Assembly: GCA_029547225.1 (NCBI GenBank)
Contig: JAKPPS010000024.1
Coordinates: forward strand, 893-64,892
Reading direction: 5' to 3'
Length of the DNA stretch: 64,000 nt
DNA from: a bacterium
GTDB lineage: Bacteria; Patescibacteriota; Dojkabacteria; SC72; WJKH01
In this document: positions 36,141 through 45,536 of the stretch, in pieces
Numbering within the stretch: position 1 is the stretch's first letter
Layout of the letters: each line of letters opens with the position of its first letter
Program-made: the position numbers and the translations under genes
The notes under the pieces: generated by a model
What the model was told of the DNA's origin: nothing
Databases searched by the model: none
The model's input: only the letters and a program-made list of their open reading frames with translations

Positions 36141-38447
36141 ATGTCGCTAAATATTATTGGTTATTTGACATTAATAATTATTATCCTAAATTTTATTCTT
36201 TTATTTGCTGTTCTCTTTTTTAGCCATAAGAAAATAAACTGGGCATATGTGTTTGTTGTTGTATCTATAAACTTATGGTCTTTATCAACATATTTTTATA
36301 ATTCTCCTAGCTTTTTGTCAGCTGAAATTTGGCTTAAAATTGTATATATTACATCATATTTGATGTCAATTTCTAATGCATTTTTTGTTTACACGTTCCC
36401 TAGCCGAGTGAATATCCCATTTTGGAAGTATATTATTCCAATTATTCTTACAATTATTCCATCCATAGTATTTTTACTAAATACTGATTATGTGATTATG
36501 GGTGTTACCCATGTTGAAGGTACTTTTACTTCTATTGCACAGATGGGTTGGGGATATATTGTATATATTATTCCTAATGTTCTAGCACTCTTATTTTTAT
36601 CTATTTACCTATTTCGTAAGTCAACACGCTATTTGGGCTATGAGAAGGCTCAATTACAATGGTACTTGGTTGGTGCGTTACTTATGTTTGTACCAATAGT
36701 AATTATTGATTATCTTTTTCCAATTTTCTTAAATGTTACCTCTCTATATAAATATGGACCACTTTTTGGAATATTTTTTACTGTCTCTATAGCTTATTCT
36801 ATGATTAAAAATAGATTTCTGGCCATTAAGTCAGTTATTGGAAAGACTTTTGCTCTTTTTCTTGTCTCCTTAATTAATTTATTGATACTGTTACTTTTCT
36901 ATTATGTATTCCGAAATTATGGATTTGGAACAAGCCTTAGAGATTTGCTAGTGTTTCTTGTCCTTTTTGCACTTCTTTTTTCTCTTTCAAATATATATCT
37001 TACTGGTAAGGTAAGTACTTGGATAAAACGAGTTTATATCAATTCTAAAATTGATCCTGAAGTTGAATACAATAATTTTACTCGTGAGATCGGTACTAAA
37101 TTGCTGATTAAGGATGTTACAGAAAGTATTTTTTCGATTGTCGATAAACTGCTAAAAATAAAGACGATAGGACTTTTTCTTACTGACGAGACAAATGACG
37201 TAATTCAATATAAAAACGTTAGAGATATTGAAGCAATTAGTAATAGGGATATTGAAGGAATTATTAAAATATGGCCAAGCACATTTAATAATCGCGTAAT
37301 AATACTGGAAGAACTTGAAAATATACCACAAGATCAAATAACTATACATCCTAATCTTCATAAGCGAATTATTACTTTTATGAAATATAATAATATATCA
37401 ATTTTGATACCAATTTCTAAAGGTGACAAATTAATAGGATTACTTATGATAGGTTTTAGAGAAGATTTTAGATCGATCACCGAAGAAGAGTCAAAAATTC
37501 TATTAAATATTCTCAATGCATCAAGTTTAGCCCTGTCTAGATCTCTGTTGTATGACAAAGTAAATAATTTTAACGCTGATTTACAAAACAAAATTAATAT
37601 ATCTACTCGTGAATTACAAGATAAAATTCTTTTACTTGAAGAAGCTCGTAGAAAGGAAAACGACATGATAGATATTCTTGGTCATGAATTGCGAACTCCG
37701 GCAACAGTTGTCAGAATAAATGCTGAGATGATAACAACCTGGATTAAGCAAAATATTAATAAATCCGATATAGAAAGTTTTTCAAAACTTGAGAAATATC
37801 TTCATCGAATATCAAATAGCATAGATAATGAAATTAAAATTATTAATAGACTCCTTGCTTCGGCAAAACTAACTGGTAATCGCTTAGAACTGAATCGAAC
37901 TCCAGTAAATGTTATTAGTGCCATTGAGCTAGCAATTGATGGGCATATGGAAGATGCTAATGATAAAAATCTTGATATAAAGTTTAATAAACCAGACAAT
38001 GATAAATCGTTTCCTTTGGCATTCGCTGATAAAGCAAGATTTCAGGAAATAGTTGATAATTTATTAAATAATTCTATTAAATATACTGATAAAGGAGGTG
38101 TAGATATTTCACTGAATAATGATGAAAAATATATTATGATTACTTTTTCTGATACAGGAATAGGTATACCAAAAGATAAATTGGATCAATTGGGAACGAA
38201 GTTTTTTAGACTTGATCAATATACTAACGAAAGCAAAGAAGTTCAGTTAGTAAGACCTGGCGGTACGGGTTTAGGTCTATATGTGGTTTTTGGACTAGTA
38301 GAAGCCCATGGTGGAAAAATTGAAGTTAAGAGTGAAGTTGGAAAGGGTACGAAGTTTACAATTTCAATTCCAATTGCAAAGAACCAGCAAGAGGATATAA
38401 AAGATCTTAGTCTAAAAGGTAATCTCTTCGATAAAATACAGGAATAG
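36141..38447 (+). CDS. Multi-TM sensor histidine kinase (N-terminal membrane sensor, GAF-like, HisKA, HATPase)
   Basis: GHELRTP H-box, NLLNNSIKY, DTGIGIP, GTGLGL. Confidence 0.95.
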   Translation: MSLNIIGYLTLIIIILNFILLFAVLFFSHKKINWAYVFVVVSINLWSLSTYFYNSPSFLSAEIWLKIVYITSYLMSISNAFFVYTFPSRVNIPFWKYIIPIILTIIPSIVFLLNTDYVIMGVTHVEGTFTSIAQMGWGYIVYIIPNVLALLFLSIYLFRKSTRYLGYEKAQLQWYLVGALLMFVPIVIIDYLFPIFLNVTSLYKYGPLFGIFFTVSIAYSMIKNRFLAIKSVIGKTFALFLVSLINLLILLLFYYVFRNYGFGTSLRDLLVFLVLFALLFSLSNIYLTGKVSTWIKRVYINSKIDPEVEYNNFTREIGTKLLIKDVTESIFSIVDKLLKIKTIGLFLTDETNDVIQYKNVRDIEAISNRDIEGIIKIWPSTFNNRVIILEELENIPQDQITIHPNLHKRIITFMKYNNISILIPISKGDKLIGLLMIGFREDFRSITEEESKILLNILNASSLALSRSLLYDKVNNFNADLQNKINISTRELQDKILLLEEARRKENDMIDILGHELRTPATVVRINAEMITTWIKQNINKSDIESFSKLEKYLHRISNSIDNEIKIINRLLASAKLTGNRLELNRTPVNVISAIELAIDGHMEDANDKNLDIKFNKPDNDKSFPLAFADKARFQEIVDNLLNNSIKYTDKGGVDISLNNDEKYIMITFSDTGIGIPKDKLDQLGTKFFRLDQYTNESKEVQLVRPGGTGLGLYVVFGLVEAHGGKIEVKSEVGKGTKFTISIPIAKNQQEDIKDLSLKGNLFDKIQE

Positions 38448-38483
38448 CATAATTAATATTGAATACCACTTTATTAATTCTAG

Positions 38484-39098
38484 TTATTGTTGATCGATTT
38501 GATTCATTACACCTCGTACTTTAGAAGACCACTCTTGAGGTGTATCAGGGTTATATTTATTTGCCATCTTTTCAGGTGTAGTCATACCTAAATCCCAATA
38601 CCATTCTTTTATACCGCTAGATACAGTGTCGATCGCATCTTTCCAACTGTTAAAAGCATAACATTTTCGACCACCCCAACCCCACGCGTTATAGCTGTTA
38701 CAAGTAGTTTTCCCACCACCTGATTCAACTATTGATATTGCAGGAACAAGGCGATAGTCAATATTAAGTTCCTGAGCTCTGCGTACAAAATATTCTGATT
38801 GCGAAGCCAATGGAGAATTGTAGTATTCAAATGTTTTACGAAGTTTTGTAACCTTTGTTTGATCAACCGAATAATACCAATAAAGCTTATTTAAATCGTC
38901 CAAAAGATTAGAATCGTTCTTGGCATTATTGTTTGTAGTACGCTTGTTATAAACTATGGATGTCCGATCCTGAGCTAATATCTTTGGTGAGGCTTTGTAT
39001 TGACCAAGTGCTCCAGAAAGCATTATACCTGCGAAAAGAACAGTACATATTAATAATAAGTAATTTCGTTTTTTTACTATGTTTACATGTCGATTCAT
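38484..39098 (-). CDS. Secreted/membrane-anchored lysozyme-like (glucosaminidase/SLT-like) protein
   Basis: DYRLVPAISIVESGGG, NAWGW, W..KV..VMN. Confidence 0.7.
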   Translation of the reverse strand: MNRHVNIVKKRNYLLLICTVLFAGIMLSGALGQYKASPKILAQDRTSIVYNKRTTNNNAKNDSNLLDDLNKLYWYYSVDQTKVTKLRKTFEYYNSPLASQSEYFVRRAQELNIDYRLVPAISIVESGGGKTTCNSYNAWGWGGRKCYAFNSWKDAIDTVSSGIKEWYWDLGMTTPEKMANKYNPDTPQEWSSKVRGVMNQIDQQ

Positions 39099-39296
39099 TA
39101 GAATTTACTTTTACACAGAATAATAATAATTTTGTAGTATATCCTTTTATTATACCATTTTTCTGCATAATTCTGAAGAGAATACAGTTGTTTTAATTTC
39201 TATTTAAATGATTATTTGGTATTATAAGGGATATATTTCGAAAATAAACATAAGGATTTATAGAAAAAATAACTCGTTTAGATATAATATACGTAT

Positions 39297-39932
39297 ATGA
39301 TAGAGCAAATAATAAATTTTCTTGTTTCATTAATTCAGACGGTCGGTTATCCAGGAGTTGCTCTAGCTATGGCGTTAGAAAGTTTTTTTGCGCCAATACC
39401 TAGCGAGTTGATAATGCCGTTTGCAGGATTTGTTGCATCGCAGGGTAATATGAATATTTATCTAGTTTGCTTAATTGGAGGTCTTTCAGGTTTTATCGGC
39501 ACTCTACCATTTTTCTACTTAGGACATGTGGGCAATAAGGAATTTATATCGAAGTTAGTAGTTAAATACGGAAAATATTTATTTATAAGGCAGGCTGATG
39601 TAGATAAGGCATATTTTCTTTTTGAAAAGAGAGGGAAAATCATTGTCTTTTTTGCCCGATTAATCCCAATAGTACGATCAATTATATCTATACCAGCAGG
39701 TATGGCTAAAATGAATTTTGGCATTTTCGCAATATATTCTATAGCAGGTTCATTATTATGGAGTTCGATTCTTGGAGTTGCAGGTTATTATTTAGGCTCA
39801 AATTGGGTATTGATTAGTGAAATTATTTCAAAATACGAAAAAATTATCTTAGTAATTATAATTTTGTGTATTGTGATCTTTGTTGTGTATCAGATTTATA
39901 GATTCCGAAAGGAAAAGATATCTAGCAAATAA
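39297..39932 (+). CDS. DedA family membrane protein
   Basis: LESFFAPIPSELIMPFAG, RLIPIVRSIISIPAG. Confidence 0.95.
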   Translation: MIEQIINFLVSLIQTVGYPGVALAMALESFFAPIPSELIMPFAGFVASQGNMNIYLVCLIGGLSGFIGTLPFFYLGHVGNKEFISKLVVKYGKYLFIRQADVDKAYFLFEKRGKIIVFFARLIPIVRSIISIPAGMAKMNFGIFAIYSIAGSLLWSSILGVAGYYLGSNWVLISEIISKYEKIILVIIILCIVIFVVYQIYRFRKEKISSK

Positions 39933-39956
39933 CAATATTTATCAGTTATGTTTTCT

Positions 39957-40129
39957 ATGTATCCGAGCAAATGTCGCTCGCGACCTCTATCCATCACCAT
40001 CCATGAGCATATTTTCAAGAAGAGCTCAAATATGGAAGATGTGTAAACGGTGATTTTGAAAATCAACGATTGGGTAGTCATGGTACGAGCTAATTAAGTT
40101 GGTAAAACGGTAGGTGGCATACTATAAAT
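39957..40129 (+). repeat. Intergenic palindromic element, copy B
   Basis: ATGTATCCGAGCAAAT...CCATCAC.ATCCATG...GGGTAGTCATGG...GGTGGCATAC shared with copy A. Confidence 0.85.
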
Positions 40130-40142
40130 AAAACAAATATTA

Positions 40143-41681
40143 TTAGAATAATGCTTGTCCTGTCATAACATCCGGAGCACTAAATCCAGCAAGCTTAAGT
40201 ATCGTTGGAGCGATGTCGCAAAGTGAGCCGTATTTTAGCGTCTGTATGTTAAGCTTATCTCCACAGATTAAAAAAGGAACATCATTTTGAGAGTGCTCTG
40301 TGTCCATTTCGCCAGTATTAAGATTTAGTAATCCCTCTGCGTTGCCGTGATCCGAAGTAATGAGTGTAACCCCTCCTCGTGCTGTAAAATTTGCGACTAG
40401 TTTATTTACACAATAATCTACCGTATTTATTGATTTTATCGTAGCTTCAAGATTTCCTGTGTGAGCAACCATATCACCATTAGCAAAATTTACTGCTATG
40501 AATTTATAATAATCGTTTTGAATTCGGTCTATGATGGCTTCAGTAATCGCTGTAGCACTCATCTCAGGCTTCATATCGTATGTCGGTACATTGGGAGATG
40601 GTATTTCTATGCGATCTTCTCCTTGGTGGATAATCGATAGACCTCCATTTAAAAAATAAGTAACATGAGGAAATTTTTCTGATTCGGCAATCCTTAGTTG
40701 ACGAAAACCATAGTCGGAAATTACTCTGCCGATTGGTAGAGAGATATATTCTTTAGGGAATAACACATTTTGCGGTAAATTCTTTTGGTATTCCACCATA
40801 GAAATAAAAAGAAGATTATTAATTTGTTTTCGTGGAAAACCATTAAACTCTGGATCAACAAAAGCTTTTGTAATTTGTATTGCGCGATCAGGCCTGAAAT
40901 TAAGAAATATGAATGCATCGTTATCTTTAATACCAGAGAAACCAGATTTATCGATTACGGCAGGTTCGAAATACTCATCAGTAATATTGTTATTATACTG
41001 ACTATCAATGTATTGAATGTAATCGTTATTGTGCGAGCCTTGAGCATTTACAAGTAAATCATAATATTTAGAAGTTCTGTCCCAATTCTCATTTCTATCC
41101 ATTGCGTAGGCACGTCCACAGATTGTAGCAATCGTGATGTTCGGAGAATTTGCAATTTTGCTCTCCAAAAGATTGATGTAGTTCAAAAAAGATTTAGGAG
41201 ATACATCTCGCCCATCAGATATCGCATGAATATAAACTTTTTGCTGAATGTTATTTCTAACGATTACATCGATTGTTGCCATTAAATGATTAATATGAGA
41301 ATGTACTGCACCATCACTTAAACATATCGCGATATGAAGTGCGCTGTTGGTATCCCGAATATGTTCAAAAGAGCTAAGAAGTGTTGCATTTTGGAAATAT
41401 TCTCCTTTATTAATTGCCTTATTGATTCTAGGAAGATTTTGATAAATTACCTTTCCAGCTCCGATATTCATGTGTCCAACCTCACTATTGCCATTTGTAT
41501 TAGCAGGTAATCCAACAGCCTCACTTGAAGCCTTAAGATAAGTGTGCGGGGATGAATTCCATAGGCGGATTAGATTAGATGGGCGAGCCATAGCTATAGC
41601 ATTTCCTTGAGATTTTGGCGCAACACCAAAGCCATCCATGATTATTAACATGATCGGTCTTTGCATTACTTGATTAAGCAT
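40143..41681 (-). CDS. gpmI: 2,3-bisphosphoglycerate-independent phosphoglycerate mutase
   Basis: MDGFG, GNSEVGH, RAYAMDR, AESEKFPHVT, SDHGN. Confidence 0.98.
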   Translation of the reverse strand: MLNQVMQRPIMLIIMDGFGVAPKSQGNAIAMARPSNLIRLWNSSPHTYLKASSEAVGLPANTNGNSEVGHMNIGAGKVIYQNLPRINKAINKGEYFQNATLLSSFEHIRDTNSALHIAICLSDGAVHSHINHLMATIDVIVRNNIQQKVYIHAISDGRDVSPKSFLNYINLLESKIANSPNITIATICGRAYAMDRNENWDRTSKYYDLLVNAQGSHNNDYIQYIDSQYNNNITDEYFEPAVIDKSGFSGIKDNDAFIFLNFRPDRAIQITKAFVDPEFNGFPRKQINNLLFISMVEYQKNLPQNVLFPKEYISLPIGRVISDYGFRQLRIAESEKFPHVTYFLNGGLSIIHQGEDRIEIPSPNVPTYDMKPEMSATAITEAIIDRIQNDYYKFIAVNFANGDMVAHTGNLEATIKSINTVDYCVNKLVANFTARGGVTLITSDHGNAEGLLNLNTGEMDTEHSQNDVPFLICGDKLNIQTLKYGSLCDIAPTILKLAGFSAPDVMTGQALF

Positions 41682-41766
41682 AGTATAATCTACACGAAAT
41701 TCTGGATTTTTTCAAAGATTTCCTATATAATCACAGAGCAAACTAACTTTATAGTATTTACACAAT

Positions 41767-42288
41767 ATGGATAGAAAAATATTTGACAAAATCGAAGCTG
41801 ATCAAATGAAGAAACGACCTGAAGTAAAAGTCGGTGATACAGTTAAACTTTCAATGAAAATCAAAGAAGGTAATAAAGAACGAACTCAGATTTTTGAAGG
41901 CGTTGTTATCGCTAAAAGTGGTACAGGTCTAAATACTACAATTACAGTTCGAAAAATATCTTACGGTATTGGTGTAGAGAGGATAATCCCTTTGCATACT
42001 CCTACAATGCAAAAGATAGAAGTAGTTAAAAGAGGTAACACAAAGCGTGCAAAACTCTTTTACATGCGTGAGAAGATCGGTAAGAGAGCTCTTGATGTTT
42101 CTGGCTCTTCATCTGTTTATTTTACTGATGAAGCCGACGAAGTTATAGAGGAAGCAAAAACAGAGGATGTTACTTCCGCCGAGAATACTGAAGCTACCGA
42201 AAATACAGAAAACACAAATACAGAAGAAAATAATTCTTCAGAAACAAAAGATCAAGCCGAAGAAAAAGATAAACCTACTGAAAACTAA
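41767..42288 (+). CDS. rplS: 50S ribosomal protein L19 with acidic C-terminal extension
   Basis: GDTVK, KEGNKERTQIFEGVVI, GVERI, RAKLFY. Confidence 0.97.
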   Translation: MDRKIFDKIEADQMKKRPEVKVGDTVKLSMKIKEGNKERTQIFEGVVIAKSGTGLNTTITVRKISYGIGVERIIPLHTPTMQKIEVVKRGNTKRAKLFYMREKIGKRALDVSGSSSVYFTDEADEVIEEAKTEDVTSAENTEATENTENTNTEENNSSETKDQAEEKDKPTEN

Positions 42289-42328
42289 GAATAATTAATT
42301 ATTTAGCTCGTTTTTTTGTCTCGTTATT

Positions 42329-42402
42329 GCGGGAGTAGTTCAATTGGTTAGAATAACTCTCTTCCAAAGAGTAGGTTGCGGGTTCGAGACCCGTCTCCCG
42401 CT
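42329..42402 (+). tRNA. tRNA-Gly (TCC)
   Basis: GCGGGAG...ACTCT-CTTCCAA-AGAGT...GGTTCGAGACCC. Confidence 0.95.
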
Positions 42403-42450
42403 TATTCTTCATTATGTAATAATATATTTCTGCCGTGTAAAAGATTGTAA

Positions 42451-42515
42451 TATGCTCAGTGCATGGGTAGTCATGGATATTAATTTTTGGAACGCAATTA
42501 GGTTGGTGGCATACC
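42451..42515 (+). repeat. Intergenic palindromic element, partial copy C (3' arm)
   Basis: GGGTAGTCATGGA-N9-TTGGAACGCAAT-N-AGGTTGGTGGCATACC, as in copy A. Confidence 0.85.
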
Positions 42516-42591
42516 ATGTAATATAGTTTTAAATGATCTCACGAAATTGAATGCTATTGTTTATGGCAATGATTTTTGATAGGATATTATT

Positions 42592-43611
42592 ATGCAAGAT
42601 ATCTATCCGCCTTCAGTTCAAAATAATTCAAATAGCAACGATGATATTTCCACTAGCAATTCGGTAACTTCTAGCTCTATTTCAAGTCCTAATAACGCCT
42701 CTAATGATAACTTATCCGTCAGCAATTCTTCTTCTAATTCAAATACCGCATCAGGTAATATTAGCTCTATGAGCCAATCAAGTAATAATCCAAAAATGTT
42801 TTCTAGTATTGGGGATAAAAGTACCACGCAAAATGTAAGCTTACCTAGTTTTCCTTTAAATAACGCCGGTTTGAATGGTAGTGGTTCTCGTCAATACTCA
42901 CCTTTAACATCCAGTAGCAGTAATACTCCTCGTCCGATTTCTTCACCAACATCTTATGGACCGAGTACTAAATTTGGTTCTACAATTAACGATGATCCTT
43001 TTGCCCAGTGGGATAATGATACCGATGATAGCTTTGGCGGAGGGTGGGGTGCTCCTCCAAGTTTTTCTCGTGGTGGTAAATCGAACGTACGTCTTTCACC
43101 GGAAGAGCGTGTTCAAATGATTGAAAGATTATTTCAAGAGATACTTGGTCGTAAGGCTGAAACAAAAGATATAAACTATTACAAGTTTAGCACTCTTAGT
43201 GAGGATGAAATCCGTAAGCAATTAATTACAGGTAAAGAGCATAAAGAATTACTAGCTAATGGAAACGAATTTAAACCCTTAAAGGAAAGATGTGATGATG
43301 CAGAAAATCGTGTCCGGATGCTTGAAGCGCAGATTAAAGATCAGATTATTGAATTTCAGAAGCTTGCTGAATTATTAAAATCAAAAAATCGATATATCCA
43401 AGAATTGCGTCAACAAGCTAATAATCCTTATAATATCCCAGAAAATACTGTACGCACGGCTCAGTACTATAATCGACAAAACCAGCAAGCCTATTACGGT
43501 ACAAACAGTAAAGATGATAATTCTGATGATGTATCAAAAAATAAGACCGATGCAAAAGATAAGAAGTCTTATTCTATTTTGGATAGGATCGGCTCAATAC
43601 TCGGTGATTAA
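42592..43611 (+). CDS. Hypothetical protein: Ser/Asn-rich disordered N-half, small helical domain, coiled coil
   Basis: Low-complexity N-terminus; IERLFQEILGRKAE..DINYY resembles DUF4214/SLH-like helical repeats; heptad region. Confidence 0.75.
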   Translation: MQDIYPPSVQNNSNSNDDISTSNSVTSSSISSPNNASNDNLSVSNSSSNSNTASGNISSMSQSSNNPKMFSSIGDKSTTQNVSLPSFPLNNAGLNGSGSRQYSPLTSSSSNTPRPISSPTSYGPSTKFGSTINDDPFAQWDNDTDDSFGGGWGAPPSFSRGGKSNVRLSPEERVQMIERLFQEILGRKAETKDINYYKFSTLSEDEIRKQLITGKEHKELLANGNEFKPLKERCDDAENRVRMLEAQIKDQIIEFQKLAELLKSKNRYIQELRQQANNPYNIPENTVRTAQYYNRQNQQAYYGTNSKDDNSDDVSKNKTDAKDKKSYSILDRIGSILGD

Positions 43612-43703
43612 TTCACAATATAAAAATACTTTACTGGTAAAGCTCATTTTAATACTCCTCATTATGCTAGTGCAATTGATGACAAAATATGGTATAATTA
43701 AGT

Positions 43704-44051
43704 ATGTATGAGTATATTGGAGATAGAATAAGAAGAGCTAGGGAGACCCACGGTGTTTCTCAAAAAGCATTAGGTTTATCATTAGGTTTATCTGATAAAG
43801 CAATCAGTGCTTATGAAAGTGGTAGAATATTACCACCTATTGAGACTCTTTTTAAGATTGCAAAAGAACTAGATAAGCCTTTTTCATATTTTATTGCAGA
43901 AGTTGCTGATGAAGCATCTTTATACGATCGAATAGATAGAACTGAAAAAATGGTTGAGGAATTGATCACAGAGATTAAATCTGTTAAGAATCTCCTTCTT
44001 ACTACTAAAACTGTAGCTGGTGATGTTGTTCCTCCTAGTAAACCAATATAG
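43704..44051 (+). CDS. XRE family HTH transcriptional regulator
   Basis: IGDRIRRARE..GVSQKAL...SDKAISAYESG. Confidence 0.92.
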   Translation: MYEYIGDRIRRARETHGVSQKALGLSLGLSDKAISAYESGRILPPIETLFKIAKELDKPFSYFIAEVADEASLYDRIDRTEKMVEELITEIKSVKNLLLTTKTVAGDVVPPSKPI

Positions 44052-44053
44052 TA

Positions 44054-44821
44054 TTATTCAGTATTGAATTCAATTTCAGATAGCGCATTCTCAATTCTGT
44101 TGATTTCGTCTAGTAAATAATTAGGGCAAAGGCTCTGATATTCTTCGAATGATTTATCACGCAAGTCTGAGATTGTAGTCGCTTGCTTCTCTAAACTGTT
44201 TTTAATCAATGTGGAATTGACAGCATCTTGCATTGAAATATAGTCGTTATATATTTTTAAATCATTAAAAAAAACTTTTTCTGCTGCAAGATATTCCTTT
44301 GTAACATTAAGGCAATTAAAATCTCTATCATAGTTATTGATCGAATCGATTTGATAGTTAATCTTTTCAATACATTTGTTTAAATCTTCGTCGGTCTTTT
44401 GATTATTATTGATGTCGTAGTCTTTATAGCATATGTTTGACTCATTTAGAGCAATTTCGTATTGATTTTTAAATTCAAAATATATTTCATAATTTTGTTT
44501 AGCATATAGTAGCTCAAGGTTAAGCTTGTCAAACATAACTATATTATTATCCATCATGAAGCCTTTAGAATCCGATAACTTTTCGTCTATTCTAATTATT
44601 TTCTCATAACGCTCAATATCTGATGAAAGTCCTAAATCACTATACTCCGATAATAACAAGTGGTTTCTGTAAATAATCAGAAATTGCGAATATCCATCAA
44701 ATACTGCGGATAGTAGAGTTAAAGATAGTATTAGAGCGATAATAATGCTTATTATGGTATATAATCTCTTAATCTTGTATGTTTGCTTTGCTGTGTTCAT
44801 ACTAGTACATATACTATGCAA
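44054..44821 (-). CDS. Hypothetical single-TM helical protein
   Basis: Long ORF with N-terminal TM. Confidence 0.65.
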   Translation of the reverse strand: MHSICTSMNTAKQTYKIKRLYTIISIIIALILSLTLLSAVFDGYSQFLIIYRNHLLLSEYSDLGLSSDIERYEKIIRIDEKLSDSKGFMMDNNIVMFDKLNLELLYAKQNYEIYFEFKNQYEIALNESNICYKDYDINNNQKTDEDLNKCIEKINYQIDSINNYDRDFNCLNVTKEYLAAEKVFFNDLKIYNDYISMQDAVNSTLIKNSLEKQATTISDLRDKSFEEYQSLCPNYLLDEINRIENALSEIEFNTE

Positions 44822-44828
44822 ACCTAAT

Positions 44829-45494
44829 CTACTTGTATACTGGAGGTTTTAACCAATTCTTTAAATTCTTAATTCCAAATTTTGCTAGAAATATCATGGC
44901 GACAACGGAAATCGCAAATGCAAGTAAAATAACACCTAACTTTAATATCTGAGCACCTGCATAACCTGGTTGGGTAGGGGTAATTATTAAATTGTCATCC
45001 AAAGTAATATTAAATTTTTTAGATGAAGTATAATTACTATCAGCAGTCCACGCAGTGATATCAACAGCAATATCATAAGAGCCGCTATTTATTGGAATAA
45101 TAAACGCTTCAACTTCATACACTTCACCCGCCTTCGTAGGGAAGAAATTCTGATATCTTGGATCAATTTCTAAACCGAATGGGGCAATAATACTTACATC
45201 AGTTTCTTTAACATCTGTTGAAGGAATAAATCGTATTGTTATTGGTATCTTGTTATTCCATGGATTCTGAGTCTCGACAAAAATTTCTATATCAAAGGAT
45301 ATTTGAGATTTAGTACTTGTAGTAGAAGTAGTGATATCGGTTGAAGGATTAGTGAGATTACTATCCTGGGATGTACTATTTGCACTATCAATAATAGGCT
45401 CGATTGTTTGTGCAACAGACTTATTAATAGGAAAGAATGCAAAAATTACTACAGAAAAGGTAATTGCTAAAACCACTAATATTTTATTCTTCAT
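44829..45494 (-). CDS. Hypothetical exported beta-sandwich protein with C-terminal TM
   Basis: Signal peptide, Ser/Thr linker, beta-rich domain, TM. Confidence 0.65.
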   Translation of the reverse strand: MKNKILVVLAITFSVVIFAFFPINKSVAQTIEPIIDSANSTSQDSNLTNPSTDITTSTTSTKSQISFDIEIFVETQNPWNNKIPITIRFIPSTDVKETDVSIIAPFGLEIDPRYQNFFPTKAGEVYEVEAFIIPINSGSYDIAVDITAWTADSNYTSSKKFNITLDDNLIITPTQPGYAGAQILKLGVILLAFAISVVAMIFLAKFGIKNLKNWLKPPVYK

Positions 45495-45536
45495 ATATCC
45501 GATTTTATCATCAATTTAATATTTTATAAATATTTA

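Noticed and set aside
39959..40036. Reading the repeat as a decayed protein (VSEQ..L.T..HH.P...FQ..L.YG, or Fic-like MDGDG.RSR on the other strand)
   Set aside because: Some substitutions look synonymous, but stops and frameshifts differ between copies and the conserved blocks are self-complementary. It cannot be fully excluded without tBLASTx.
42299..42526. ORFs of 72 and 60 aa on both strands
   Set aside because: They overlap tRNA-Gly(TCC) and repeat copy C; shadow ORFs
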